The notes under the pieces are model-generated. The model saw only the letters and a list, made by a program, of their open reading frames with translations. It had not been told where the DNA came from and did not search any database. Made by a program: the position numbers and the translations under genes. Below, piece by piece: positions 8,933-18,376 of a stretch of 64,000 nucleotides of DNA (its first letter is position 1; each line of letters opens with the position of its first letter). The stretch comes from an uncultured virus (IMG/VR IMGVR_UViG_3300042867_001762) (lineage: Duplodnaviria > Heunggongvirae > Uroviricota > Caudoviricetes), in IMG/VR virus record IMGVR_UViG_3300042867_001762, one strand, 5' to 3'.

Positions 8933-10207
8933 TCAGATAAGCGAGAGCGACCGTGCGACCTCGCTAATTAGTTCGCGATTGACGGCCACCTGCGTAGCGC
9001 GCAGGATCAGATCCTTCATTACCGGGTCAGCAGAGATGTCTTTCTTATGGGGCTCAAGCAGAGCAACAATCTCTTCCCGAGTAATGGTAGGCTGGAAAAG
9101 AACTCCTAGCTGGCGCTTAAGCGCTTCGGCGCCTGCATTCTGCTTGCGGGCTTCTGCCGTAATCTTGCGCTGGCGCGCTAGCTTGGCCTTTTCAAGCGCA
9201 GTGGCAAAAGCCTTAATGGCCTCGGCCAGCTCTTTGTCAGCGGCCTTGCTAGGAGGCGTCTTTGCTACGCCCTCTGCCATAGAAGTGAAGCGTGGATCGC
9301 CTTCGCTGATCCGTTCGCAAATAAACGTGCGAACACCAGGCTTGCTGCACTTGTTGACGATTTCCTCGTCACTCATGGCAGCGACCAACTCTACCGGGAA
9401 CTTAGTCTCAAGGATCTCCTGCATGACCAGGTCACGCAGATTGCCGTTGCCCTGAATCTCCTTGCGCAGATCCTCTACGCCCAACTTCTTGAGAGCAGGC
9501 AGCCGCGACATAAGTCCTGACTTATTGAGCTCGGTCTTAAGATCCTTTACGTTAACTTCTTTGGGCAGAACGTAATCAATATCAAGGCCCGCTTGATACG
9601 CCTGTAGCGCGTATTCTAGGCGCCGGGGAGAAACAATGCTGCTCTTACGCATCTTCTCATCAATCTTATTCCACCAACGGTGCGCTATCTCGCCAAGCAC
9701 TCCGTAGTTATCGCGGAAGTACTTGAGAGATGGGCCATTAGGCAGGACAACCTTGATTTGAAAGCGGTCTTCCTGAGCTGGGTCCAGGCGATCAACGTCG
9801 TAGGTATCCTCGTCATCATGAGGATTGACCATGGCCCAGATCATCTTTAGATTGGGCATCGGCACGCCATTGATCGACTTAAACTGGATTGCTTCCATTA
9901 GTGCATTGCGCACCTTCTTGGGAGCACGATTGAACTCGTCAACGATGATCACTTGCACATCATTGTTTGCAAAAATCTTTGGACGTACAAAGTCTAGCCA
10001 GCGGCCGGTCTTATCTTCGACTACCCGTGGCACACCAACGAAGTCAACGAACGGGTCCATGGTAGAGGCAGAGAAGTAGGCATACTTAATGCCGTTGCGC
10101 TTCATAGCAGCCAGTACTTGCTCGGTCTTGCCAATGCCATGCGGGCCGACAAGGAGTACATTCTGCGATGTACGAATCCAGTCATCTAGAAGTTTTTCAG
10201 TTAGCAT
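8933..10207 (-). CDS. MoxR-type AAA+ ATPase
   Basis: Walker A GPHGIGKT, Walker B IIVDEFNRA, LDPAQEDRF, SPRR. Confidence 0.88.
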   Translation of the reverse strand: MLTEKLLDDWIRTSQNVLLVGPHGIGKTEQVLAAMKRNGIKYAYFSASTMDPFVDFVGVPRVVEDKTGRWLDFVRPKIFANNDVQVIIVDEFNRAPKKVRNALMEAIQFKSINGVPMPNLKMIWAMVNPHDDEDTYDVDRLDPAQEDRFQIKVVLPNGPSLKYFRDNYGVLGEIAHRWWNKIDEKMRKSSIVSPRRLEYALQAYQAGLDIDYVLPKEVNVKDLKTELNKSGLMSRLPALKKLGVEDLRKEIQGNGNLRDLVMQEILETKFPVELVAAMSDEEIVNKCSKPGVRTFICERISEGDPRFTSMAEGVAKTPPSKAADKELAEAIKAFATALEKAKLARQRKITAEARKQNAGAEALKRQLGVLFQPTITREEIVALLEPHKKDISADPVMKDLILRATQVAVNRELISEVARSLSLI

Positions 10208-10234
10208 CTTTACTCCGTTGTGGGCGTCGCCGCT

Positions 10235-10274
10235 CAGGATCGGCGGACCCCGGCTTTAGGGCCGGGGTGGCCTG
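10235..10274 (-). promoter_or_regulatory. CCTAAA-N13-GATCC element, copy 3
   Basis: CAGGATC-ggcggaccccggc-TTTAGG; stem ACCCCGGC/GCCGGGGT; 28 nt from ATG 10207. Confidence 0.72.
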
Positions 10275-10760
10275 TCAAGCAAGAAGTGGGAGGACGTATT
10301 GCTTATTGAATTTACCAAAACTGCCCTTGCAAATGGTATGTGGACTGGTCCAGCAAACGCGCGCACCCTCGCTGTTGATACGCTCCGTCAAGTCGCCAAT
10401 TAGCTCTGCCCGGTAAATAAAAACAGCAATACCATTGACAGCAGCAATGCTTGCCAGCATTAGGTTGCAGACAGTAGCTTCCAGCTCCTCTACGGCCTCC
10501 CTGCAAGCGGCAGTGATTGGCGATTCTCCGGGCTCAATCTTGCCGCCGGGCAGCCCGAGGTCTGCGTGATTATCGCGGCGACTGACTGCAAGCAGCTGTC
10601 CATCCTGCTCGATAACAACGACCGCAGCGCTACCAGGTGGAAAATCGAATACGGAAAAGCTGTTCTTTTTTTTCAATTCTGTCTCCATACTGGAGAAGCC
10701 CCAACGAAAAGCTTCTGCCGCACTGCGCTGCTCAATGTATCGCAACATCGTATTACTCAT
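10275..10760 (-). CDS. NUDIX hydrolase
   Basis: LPGGKIEPGESPITAACREAVEE Nudix box. Confidence 0.88.
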   Translation of the reverse strand: MSNTMLRYIEQRSAAEAFRWGFSSMETELKKKNSFSVFDFPPGSAAVVVIEQDGQLLAVSRRDNHADLGLPGGKIEPGESPITAACREAVEELEATVCNLMLASIAAVNGIAVFIYRAELIGDLTERINSEGARVCWTSPHTICKGSFGKFNKQYVLPLLA

Positions 10761-10761
10761 G

Positions 10762-11613
10762 CTATTCCTCTAGATTCTTGGGGGCGCGATCAGATACAAA
10801 GGCCGCAGCATTTCTATGACCACCACCACCGTGACTCTCTGCTATCTCTGATACATCAAGACCTGCATTTGAAGAGCGCAGACTAATATACCATTTGCCG
10901 TCTGAGCCGCTAAATACCGCAGCAAACGGATTTTTCACTGCCAGGCGTCGCCCTAGCTCTGATTTAAAATCACATGAATTTATGGCTGGAACAATATGTC
11001 CGCCTATCTCGGTAAGAAATGATTTACCAAGCAATCGGTCGATTTTAGCAGAACGCCAGGCTGCAACAGCTCCTGCTCCAGCAAGCTCTTCTTCCATGTT
11101 GTTTTCAAGTCTAATGGCGAGGTCTAACCATGCCTCAGTCTCAAACGGCAGCACCTCTGCAAGAGTCATTACATCACGAGTAAATGGCAGCTCACACAGC
11201 CCTCGGTCCGCTTCGCCAACTGCCTGCAACAATATCGGCTGTGTTTGACCAGGAAAAAAGAAGTCCCAGCATACCTGGGCGCCAGACTTGTTTTGATCAA
11301 AAACACAATACGGCAGATGCTTGAGCGCCTTCTCTGCGCTGGCATGATGATCGAGCAGAACTACACTAGCGGCTCGCGAGGCAATATCTTGCATGACAGA
11401 TAGCGGATAGCTAAAGTCTGCGATCAATACTTCTTTGCCGTCAATCAGTTCTCGCGGTGGCGGGTTGAGCCGATCAGAAGCAGCATGCAGGCGTATACCA
11501 GGATGAGCAAGCGAAGCGACTATCGCGCTCATTATTCCGTCTGGGCAGTTTGCATGAAAAATACACGTATTCACTTGGCACCTACTGCAATACCGCCCAG
11601 CACAGCCGGCCAT
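10762..11613 (-). CDS. DHH/DHHA1-family phosphoesterase
   Basis: HANCPDG, ADFS, LDHH, SLRS, GGGGHRNAAAF; real start probably GTG 11574. Confidence 0.85.
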   Translation of the reverse strand: MAGCAGRYCSRCQVNTCIFHANCPDGIMSAIVASLAHPGIRLHAASDRLNPPPRELIDGKEVLIADFSYPLSVMQDIASRAASVVLLDHHASAEKALKHLPYCVFDQNKSGAQVCWDFFFPGQTQPILLQAVGEADRGLCELPFTRDVMTLAEVLPFETEAWLDLAIRLENNMEEELAGAGAVAAWRSAKIDRLLGKSFLTEIGGHIVPAINSCDFKSELGRRLAVKNPFAAVFSGSDGKWYISLRSSNAGLDVSEIAESHGGGGHRNAAAFVSDRAPKNLEE

Positions 11614-11737
11614 ACCGCTATCACTATAATTGCTTCCAATGGGCCGAAGCTGCCGTCTTTATTAGAGGCAGCTAGCCAGCAAGCTGTCGCAGCGCCTATG
11701 ATTACGTATGAACTCATAATTGGAGCTGCGATCCAGC

Positions 11738-13060
11738 TCAATCCTCCTTGCCAGGAACCTTTGTTACAACCGCCTGATCTACAATCCAGTCGGCTACTTT
11801 CTGGCGTTGAGAACGCTGGAGCCAGGAGGAATAGGCAGCAGGCTTTGAACGCTTTGCGGCAATCTCTTCTTCTGCTGTTACTCCGTGCTGTGCCTCGGCC
11901 GCGGCGTACTTCAAGATGTCAGCTTCCTTCAGCAACAGCTGCTGTGCGTGGCTGTCAAATACACGATCAAGGATTTCATTGTAGATAATTACTTCGCGCT
12001 GATCAGCACGGATAGACTCAGCAATCTCCGCTGTCTCGGGAGCCTTAAGTAAATCCTCGAACTTTACTCCAAATTGCTCTGCCGCAGCACCACAATAGTC
12101 TGCGAGCACTGCCTCGTCTACCGGCAGCGGATTCGCCTCTACAATCTTTTTACGAACTTGCTTGCGCTTGGCAGTGGCAATGTTTACTTCATTGCCAGCA
12201 TCCCACTCCCTGCCCACCGCTTCACGTAGTTCTGCAAGATCAGCGTATCCTGCTGTCTTTGCAAACTCGTCATTGATCTCGGGCACAACTGATTCCCGAA
12301 CCTCCCGCACGGTACAGGCAAAAGTTACTTTTTGTCCGCGCAGATATTTGTCATGGTGGTTGTCAGGGTAGTTCTCTTCAAACGAGAAGCTCTCTCCTGC
12401 CGACCGACCAACGGCAAGCTGATCTAGCTTGTCACTGAACCCTCGCCCGCCACGCATCTTAGGGCGGAAAACAAAGTCTGTGAACCGTGCGCCGTGCAGA
12501 AGATTACCTTCGCCATCAGTACCTTCAAGGTCAACTACAAGCACATCTTCGGCTGTTGCTGGACGCTCTACCAGCTTGTTGCTGCTAGTCTGTAGACGCA
12601 GGATTTGCAGCTGGCCTTCAATGGCAGCTTCCCTGTCGCCCTGTGCTACCTCTACAGAGATACCAATATAATCACGGATTTCTACGGCAGGTGGCCTTGG
12701 CCAACTAACCGAGAACTCCAGTCCGCCGTCATCAGCAAATGCACCGAGCCAACGCTTTGCAGGAGAGATGCGATACTGCTCGTCTAGCTGCGGATCTGCG
12801 CCGCTACGAAGACCGAGCGAATATACTGCTTCGCCAGTTGCCTTGCGAACAAGCTTCTCAGTGACGCCAGAGCGGAACTGGCTAGAGAACTTATTCAGAA
12901 TAATCTCAATAGGGACAGAACCCTTCGGATGAGGAGGCAAGGCCATTACTGCCTGCAACCCCCGCGCAGCCTCTTCCATGGCCGTCTTCACATCAGCAGC
13001 GTCCACCTTTACATGGACGCGGTGAGTTGTTTCGTCGCTGCGAAGATCAAACGTTGTCAT
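11738..13060 (-). CDS. tig: trigger factor-like chaperone
   Basis: N-domain, FKBP-like segment (VVDLEG...YPDNHH.KYLRGQKVTF..TV.EV) and PEINDEFAK; start moved to ATG 13060. Confidence 0.82.
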   Translation of the reverse strand: MTTFDLRSDETTHRVHVKVDAADVKTAMEEAARGLQAVMALPPHPKGSVPIEIILNKFSSQFRSGVTEKLVRKATGEAVYSLGLRSGADPQLDEQYRISPAKRWLGAFADDGGLEFSVSWPRPPAVEIRDYIGISVEVAQGDREAAIEGQLQILRLQTSSNKLVERPATAEDVLVVDLEGTDGEGNLLHGARFTDFVFRPKMRGGRGFSDKLDQLAVGRSAGESFSFEENYPDNHHDKYLRGQKVTFACTVREVRESVVPEINDEFAKTAGYADLAELREAVGREWDAGNEVNIATAKRKQVRKKIVEANPLPVDEAVLADYCGAAAEQFGVKFEDLLKAPETAEIAESIRADQREVIIYNEILDRVFDSHAQQLLLKEADILKYAAAEAQHGVTAEEEIAAKRSKPAAYSSWLQRSQRQKVADWIVDQAVVTKVPGKED

Positions 13061-13310
13061 TTTGCTTCCTATGTGAAATACGAATTGTGCCAGAGAGATG
13101 CGACATGGTACCAGAGCTGCATTTGCGAGAATCAAATGTTTCGCAGAACATCGACCACTTGCGTGTTGCAGCTGTTTGCGTATACCAGTCTACAAGATCT
13201 GGATCTGTGCTGGAAAGAATGTCTTCTGGATGGCCAATGTAGCTGACGGCTTTCTTGCCGCGCAACCAGACCTCGATGCAGTAGTCTTCCAAGATAAGCT
13301 CCTCAGTCAA
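13047..13310 (-). CDS. hypothetical protein
   Basis: ORF track, coupled to neighbours. Confidence 0.5.
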   Translation of the reverse strand: MTEELILEDYCIEVWLRGKKAVSYIGHPEDILSSTDPDLVDWYTQTAATRKWSMFCETFDSRKCSSGTMSHLSGTIRISHRKQNDNV

Positions 13311-13485
13311 TTGGTTCGCAGCCTACGGCGCCTTCGCATGGATTGCCGGCGGGATCGTCTTCTTCATCTTCATCGTCATCTTCATCGTCGCATGTGCCAC
13401 ACAACGAGAACAGTAGCAGGCCAGATAGCGCTACTACTATGAAGGGATTCTTGCTCAATAGCAGTTTTGCGTATTTAGCGTACAT
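13303..13485 (-). CDS. small membrane-anchored acidic protein
   Basis: Hydrophobic stretch, Cys, then D/E run. Confidence 0.45.
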   Translation of the reverse strand: MYAKYAKLLLSKNPFIVVALSGLLLFSLCGTCDDEDDDEDEEDDPAGNPCEGAVGCEPID

Positions 13486-13657
13486 TTCGCGTCCTTGGTC
13501 TTTTTATATTGAGTACAGCGGCATACAAGACAAGACCTACTAGAAAACAGTGATATGTGCCGCGCAGTAAACGATCTATCACTAGCACTCCGCCAGCAAG
13601 AAAAGTGCGACTAGTGCGACGGCTCCGATCAGCAGTATCTGGCAAATATCTTTCATA

Positions 13658-14227
13658 CTACTCCAGTGCTGCTCGCACTTCGCGATCACTGAGATACGAC
13701 TTGTTATAAAGCAGCTTCCCCAACCTGCGGATTTTGTCTGCATCCCGGACAATGTCTCTGGCTACTGAAATCAATGCGCCTCCCAAGATGCCCTGGGTAC
13801 GCGGCGACGTGCTTTGCGGAACGGCTGCCGATATAGCGGTCAGAGACATAGGCAGGAATTCTGACTCAATATAGTCATGAAGGATTGACTCCCTGCCAGA
13901 GATTAGCTCAATAGCATTTTCAACATCTCGTGCTGCACCGGCCCTGGAATAGTTGCCGAAAAAATACTGCTCTGCGGCAGCTCCGGCAATAGTCATTCTG
14001 GTAATCAGCCAGCCGGCTTCAGCGTCTGAGAACGACTCACGCTTGTTGTAGGCGCCTCGTGTGAGACCACCGCCGGCATTAAGACTGAGTCTTACGTTCT
14101 TCCAAAGAGGCGAGCGGGACATGAAGTACCCATGCCCCGCCTCGTGATAGGCTGTGCGCAGCCTAATCCGCGGAGGCATCTGTGACGAAATATGTGCATA
14201 GTGACAGCGCATAATGGCGTTAAACAT
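13658..14227 (-). CDS. stand-alone M41(FtsH)-like zinc peptidase domain
   Basis: RTAYHEAGH, AGAAAE, GAARD, C-terminal L...YLS..EV. Confidence 0.75.
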   Translation of the reverse strand: MFNAIMRCHYAHISSQMPPRIRLRTAYHEAGHGYFMSRSPLWKNVRLSLNAGGGLTRGAYNKRESFSDAEAGWLITRMTIAGAAAEQYFFGNYSRAGAARDVENAIELISGRESILHDYIESEFLPMSLTAISAAVPQSTSPRTQGILGGALISVARDIVRDADKIRRLGKLLYNKSYLSDREVRAALE

Positions 14228-14248
14228 GCGACCTCCGTTCCTGCACCA

Positions 14249-14288
14249 CCGGATCGGGCGGGGCCGGGTTTAGGCCCGGCCCCACCTG
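14249..14288 (-). promoter_or_regulatory. CCTAAA-N13-GATCC element, copy 4
   Basis: CCGGATC-gggcggggccggg-TTTAGG; stem GGGGCCGGG/CCCGGCCCC. Confidence 0.72.
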
Positions 14289-14292
14289 ACCA

Positions 14293-14697
14293 TCACTGCT
14301 TAAAGGTAAGCGAACGACGCGAACGACGGGTATCGCGCAGCGCCACGCCCGTTACTACTACCGCAACGCCGTCAGTGGCACGGGCACGACGCAGTGCCGG
14401 TACAAGCGAGCGACGGGCATCGGTAGAAAGAGCAAACCGCACCTCACCGTCGGCAATCGTGCGCTCGAGAACAAGGCCGCGATCAATGAGCGAGCGCAGT
14501 GAACGACGAGCACGAGGATGAACGGTTGCAAGCTCCTGTAGCGAGCGATCTCGTACAGCGAGTGAGCGAAGGAGCAGCGTAGCTACTGGTCCAAGCGTGC
14601 GTCGAGAATCGAAGCCGCTCGCAGTACGGGTACGACGCGCGCCCTTATCGGCAGTGGTTGAACGGGACTGTGAACGGGACGTATTCTTCTTAGCCAT
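14293..14697 (-). CDS. very basic putative nucleic-acid-binding protein (winged-HTH-like core)
   Basis: Arg-rich; SLQELA...RRSLRSLIDRGLV pattern; AAGGA RBS. Confidence 0.6.
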   Translation of the reverse strand: MAKKNTSRSQSRSTTADKGARRTRTASGFDSRRTLGPVATLLLRSLAVRDRSLQELATVHPRARRSLRSLIDRGLVLERTIADGEVRFALSTDARRSLVPALRRARATDGVAVVVTGVALRDTRRSRRSLTFKQ

Positions 14698-14795
14698 TTG
14701 TATCTATCCTTTTAGTCAGCTTTGTTGGTGAAATCCGGTGACCAGCGGATTTTGTTTGTAGTGCAACAACGAACCATTCGCCATTGCAGCATCTG

Positions 14796-15506
14796 TCAGC
14801 GCCGTACTAGACCTTTGTAGTTCTCGATCCAGTGTACGGCGCTTGTAATCTTAGCAGCGTCTTCTTGGGTTACCTTGCCGCCTTCAATCGCGGCCCTGCG
14901 GCAGACTACGCCGTAGTTAATTTGCTTCAGACTTACGCCATGCAGATCTGGCATTTCGCCATTGGAGGGCGGCACAGCGACAGCTGCTTCTGCCACGGCA
15001 ATGCTCTGCTTATATAAAGCGTCCTGTTTCTCGTACAGAATATCTTGCCTGGTCTTCTTGAGCTTGGCAGTTTTGTTGTCTATCTTGGCTTTGGCGGTAA
15101 TTCTGGTCTCTGTCCAAAACATAGGATAACTAGCATCAAGACCCAAGCCGCGCACTGCGTCAAGCAGCGCGTAATCAACTTCCGGAAAATAAGAGCTTGT
15201 CGGCTGTGAGCTTGCTGCAAAAGCCAGGGAGTAGCGCACACTGCGACCATCACAGTGCGGACAGAGGATGCTGTCCTGAGAATGGGCTTTGTTGCCCCAC
15301 GGCCTACAGATGCCAGTTCCGTTACAATGCAGACAACCACCGTTCTCGATCCAGGCATGGATGTCTTCTGAGATAAAACGAAATACCAGCTCGATTGCCT
15401 CTGATCCAAGAGAGAGCAACTCGTTGTCGATACGGGTTACCTCTGCATCAAAGTCTTGCAGTGCTTTTGCTTTTCCCACTATTATTCTCCTCAACAAAAA
15501 ACTCAT
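14796..15506 (-). CDS. hypothetical protein with DnaJ-type Zn-finger motif
   Basis: CLHCNGTG and CPHCDGR; start possibly GTG 15479. Confidence 0.55.
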   Translation of the reverse strand: MSFLLRRIIVGKAKALQDFDAEVTRIDNELLSLGSEAIELVFRFISEDIHAWIENGGCLHCNGTGICRPWGNKAHSQDSILCPHCDGRSVRYSLAFAASSQPTSSYFPEVDYALLDAVRGLGLDASYPMFWTETRITAKAKIDNKTAKLKKTRQDILYEKQDALYKQSIAVAEAAVAVPPSNGEMPDLHGVSLKQINYGVVCRRAAIEGGKVTQEDAAKITSAVHWIENYKGLVRR

Positions 15507-15939
15507 TAACTAACTTTAGGCCAAGCGAAGGGAAGTCTATCACAGAGCCTGGGTAAACAAGAGAGACATGCTTCGTCCCGTCCGGTTTCCTACTGATCCA
15601 GTCAAACGAAAACCTATTTGCGCCGCACCATGAACCTAGAGGCATCAGGTTAAATGCTACTTGCTTTCCAGCAAAGCGCCGCTCAAGAAAGTGCATACTT
15701 CGCAGTGGCCTGCGAGCAATCGCCGCGTCGCCCCGACCATCCAGAATAAAAAAGCTGGCATCAAGACTGTTGTCGAAGCTTGGTGATGCTCTTATGTCTA
15801 GGCAACAAATTCCTGGCGGATTTTGAAGCAGCCAGTCGACCGCATGCTCAAATAATGCCTCAAGGCACTGCATGTGCGGTTCTTTCAGAAAAGACAGATC
15901 AGAGATCTTGATTAGTGCTGCCGCTTCGTCCAGCTTCAT
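15448..15939 (-). CDS. hypothetical protein (MKL N-terminus)
   Basis: ORF track. Confidence 0.55.
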   Translation of the reverse strand: MKLDEAAALIKISDLSFLKEPHMQCLEALFEHAVDWLLQNPPGICCLDIRASPSFDNSLDASFFILDGRGDAAIARRPLRSMHFLERRFAGKQVAFNLMPLGSWCGANRFSFDWISRKPDGTKHVSLVYPGSVIDFPSLGLKLVNEFFVEENNSGKSKSTARL

Positions 15940-16174
15940 CAGGTAGCTCCTGCTCTACAGAAATAATCTCATTCATGACGATCCAGAATGTTGGTTCGCC
16001 TTCCCAGGTTATTGTGCCGGGCTCTAATCGCAGGAACCGATTGAAAATGGAGTTCTTGGCGTCTGCTTTTGATCGCGCAATGATGAAAACGGTTGCGTTT
16101 GCAGAGCCACTTGAAAGACTTGCCTTCCAGCAGTGCACGTTAGTCTTTCCTAGGTTCGGTAGCAGTATTCTCAT
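15899..16174 (-). CDS. hypothetical protein
   Basis: ORF track, overlapping chain. Confidence 0.5.
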   Translation of the reverse strand: MRILLPNLGKTNVHCWKASLSSGSANATVFIIARSKADAKNSIFNRFLRLEPGTITWEGEPTFWIVMNEIISVEQELPDEAGRSGSTNQDL

Positions 16175-16361
16175 AGTAATCCCGTACCGGACCTAGGAAC
16201 AGCTCTGCTGTAGCAATTCCTGTGAAATAAACCAAGTAGATGCTGCCAGTTAGACAGATCATGCTGCCGATCAGCTCGCCTGGCGGTTCTGTCTTTGAAA
16301 GGTAGTCGTTCCACCACAGAAATAGCGACCAGTAAGCAGAAGCAAGAAACAGTCTAATCAT
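16140..16361 (-). CDS. small membrane protein
   Basis: Two hydrophobic segments. Confidence 0.5.
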   Translation of the reverse strand: MIRLFLASAYWSLFLWWNDYLSKTEPPGELIGSMICLTGSIYLVYFTGIATAELFLGPVRDYYENTATEPRKD

Positions 16362-16693
16362 TTGCCACTCAGGATTCTGAAAAACTTCTGGGCAGATAGT
16401 GCGTAGTCGTCTGCATGTGGGAACAATTTGATAATAGTCCGATCACGGACCATCTGCTGAAATTCGGCCAAGTCAAGTTCAAGCGACTTTGATCTGACGC
16501 TAAGAAGTCTGCCTGCTGCGATCCTGCGTCCGGCTGCGCGACTTGGTACATCGCGCTTGCTTGCAATAGCAGCCGCTATACGAATCCGTCCGCTCTCTAG
16601 CGTCTTTGACGCAATCGTCAGGCACAGCCTGCCGGTTTCTGCACAATGAAAATGCTGATATCGAATGTCGCTATGCTCAACGGTCATGGGCAC
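16358..16693 (-). CDS. hypothetical protein
   Basis: First gene after element copy 5; AAGGA RBS. Confidence 0.6.
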   Translation of the reverse strand: MPMTVEHSDIRYQHFHCAETGRLCLTIASKTLESGRIRIAAAIASKRDVPSRAAGRRIAAGRLLSVRSKSLELDLAEFQQMVRDRTIIKLFPHADDYALSAQKFFRILSGK

Positions 16694-16724
16694 TTCCTTT
16701 CTCCGGCGGGGGCCGGACGCTCCA

Positions 16725-16764
16725 CCGGATCGGGCGGAGCGGGCTTTAGGCCCGCCCCGACCTG
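16725..16764 (-). promoter_or_regulatory. CCTAAA-N13-GATCC element, copy 5
   Basis: CCGGATC-gggcggagcgggc-TTTAGG. Confidence 0.72.
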
Positions 16765-17958
16765 CTATGGCGTGCAGCGCCCGGCAAAGCGCGCAATTAG
16801 AGAGGCAATCATACTAGGTCTAGATCCAAGATACTCTACCCAGCCGTTGCATCCTGTTACAATAGGATCATACGTCCACTCTTCTGAAGGAAGCGTGTAT
16901 ATGCCAAGCTGGACACTGCTTTCTGCACACATGTTTATGAAATTTGCTTCATCCGTAGTCGAGTAGTATTGCAGCTCTTCGTCCGAGAATATAACAACAC
17001 TCCGGTCACTGGTTGGCCACTGATTATCCTCAAGGAATATCAGACCGGCTCGCGCAGCGTACTCAGAGCCACTTGAGGGCGGATTTGCACGTCTCATTGC
17101 TCTGCACGCATCTGCGGCAGGAGAAAATGGCACGATCTCTAGGTATTCAAAAGTATTGCCGTTGTAGGATGCGCCAAATGCTCCAATGCCAAAGAAGTCA
17201 TCTGGTCGCGTTACTGACCAGTCGCAGAGGGCACTCTCTACGTTACTTATGTAGTCAGACATTGATCCACTGTAGTCTAGTAGCAGTAGGAAAGACCGAG
17301 GATCAGCTTGTCCTTCTCGCTCATCAGTTAGGCCATCGCAATCGTCATCAATATTATTGCCGCATTCTTCGGCTCGAGGCAGGACCATGCCCTCGTGCCT
17401 CTGAACGCCAGCTATACAACGAGCTGCCCCGATTTTGCAGGCACCAACATTAGCTGTGCTTATGTCGCCATCATATCTGAAGAGCGGTATGGTAAATACC
17501 ATGTCAGGATCTTCCTCATTGACAAGGCCGTCGCAATCCTCGTCTTCGAGTTCGTAATCGCAGACCTCAGTGGCCTTGCGTCTGTGGTCGCATACAAGTT
17601 CGCCGTTTACGCAGATCATGTATGATTTTTTACACACGCCTAGCTCAGTGTTGTCGCATGTATTGCTGTACCAGCCAGGTATAATCTCTATATCAGATTC
17701 TTTTGACGCTGGGTTGCAGTCATCGTCAGGAAAACTACCGCAAATCTCTTCTCGGGTTGGCGGCACATAATTAGGACAGGTGACCTCGCTCTCGCCCTCG
17801 CAGACCGACGTGCCGGGCCTACAAGTAGCTTCTAGTGCGTCATCATTTAGCAGTAGGCTGCCATCTACAACGGCGCAGGGCGCCCCGCACTTTTCCTGCG
17901 CTACTAGTATTTCTTCAGAACAGCCGATCAAGAGTAAAAGAGCCAGAGCCTTGCGCAT
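16765..17958 (-). CDS. putative lipoprotein with Cys-rich MopE-like metal-binding repeats and vWA domain
   Basis: Lipobox LLIGC; repeats E.C..DDDC(D/N)G..E; DYSGS MIDAS; IFSDE. Confidence 0.75.
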   Translation of the reverse strand: MRKALALLLLIGCSEEILVAQEKCGAPCAVVDGSLLLNDDALEATCRPGTSVCEGESEVTCPNYVPPTREEICGSFPDDDCNPASKESDIEIIPGWYSNTCDNTELGVCKKSYMICVNGELVCDHRRKATEVCDYELEDEDCDGLVNEEDPDMVFTIPLFRYDGDISTANVGACKIGAARCIAGVQRHEGMVLPRAEECGNNIDDDCDGLTDEREGQADPRSFLLLLDYSGSMSDYISNVESALCDWSVTRPDDFFGIGAFGASYNGNTFEYLEIVPFSPAADACRAMRRANPPSSGSEYAARAGLIFLEDNQWPTSDRSVVIFSDEELQYYSTTDEANFINMCAESSVQLGIYTLPSEEWTYDPIVTGCNGWVEYLGSRPSMIASLIARFAGRCTP

Positions 17959-17971
17959 ACATAGGGCCTTT

Positions 17972-18373
17972 CTAGGATGAGAAAAATTCTGAGGTCATCC
18001 TGTAACGCGGTGCGGCGCAGCAGTCGCTTTGCATAGCATTTATACGAGACTTGGTCACTGTTGCGGCTCCGCAGCTAGAACATCTGTATTCCCTGCTTAC
18101 AAGCAGAATCCCTTGCTCTACAAGAGAGTCAAGACAATAGTTGATGTCGCTGTTGCGGGCAAAGCCCAAGAAGTTTGTGCTATAATGACGGGTTGCGCCC
18201 TTCGCTTCACGGGCTGCTATTTCGGAGAGCACATGCTCTCGAAGCTCGTCATCGGCTAGTTCGCCGAACTCTGGCGCAGGCTCGTGTCGCAGTGTGGCAT
18301 AATTGGAGCTATGGACTCCCGCCCCGCGATTGCCTACTAAATGCATCGCCAAGTGACAGTTACGGTGTTTCAT
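17972..18373 (-). CDS. hypothetical protein with C-terminal Zn ribbon
   Basis: CSSCG...CC. Confidence 0.5.
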   Translation of the reverse strand: MKHRNCHLAMHLVGNRGAGVHSSNYATLRHEPAPEFGELADDELREHVLSEIAAREAKGATRHYSTNFLGFARNSDINYCLDSLVEQGILLVSREYRCSSCGAATVTKSRINAMQSDCCAAPRYRMTSEFFSS

Positions 18374-18376
18374 TAC

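Noticed and set aside
8844..9455. 203-aa plus-strand ORF
   Set aside because: Antisense to the well-supported MoxR ATPase.
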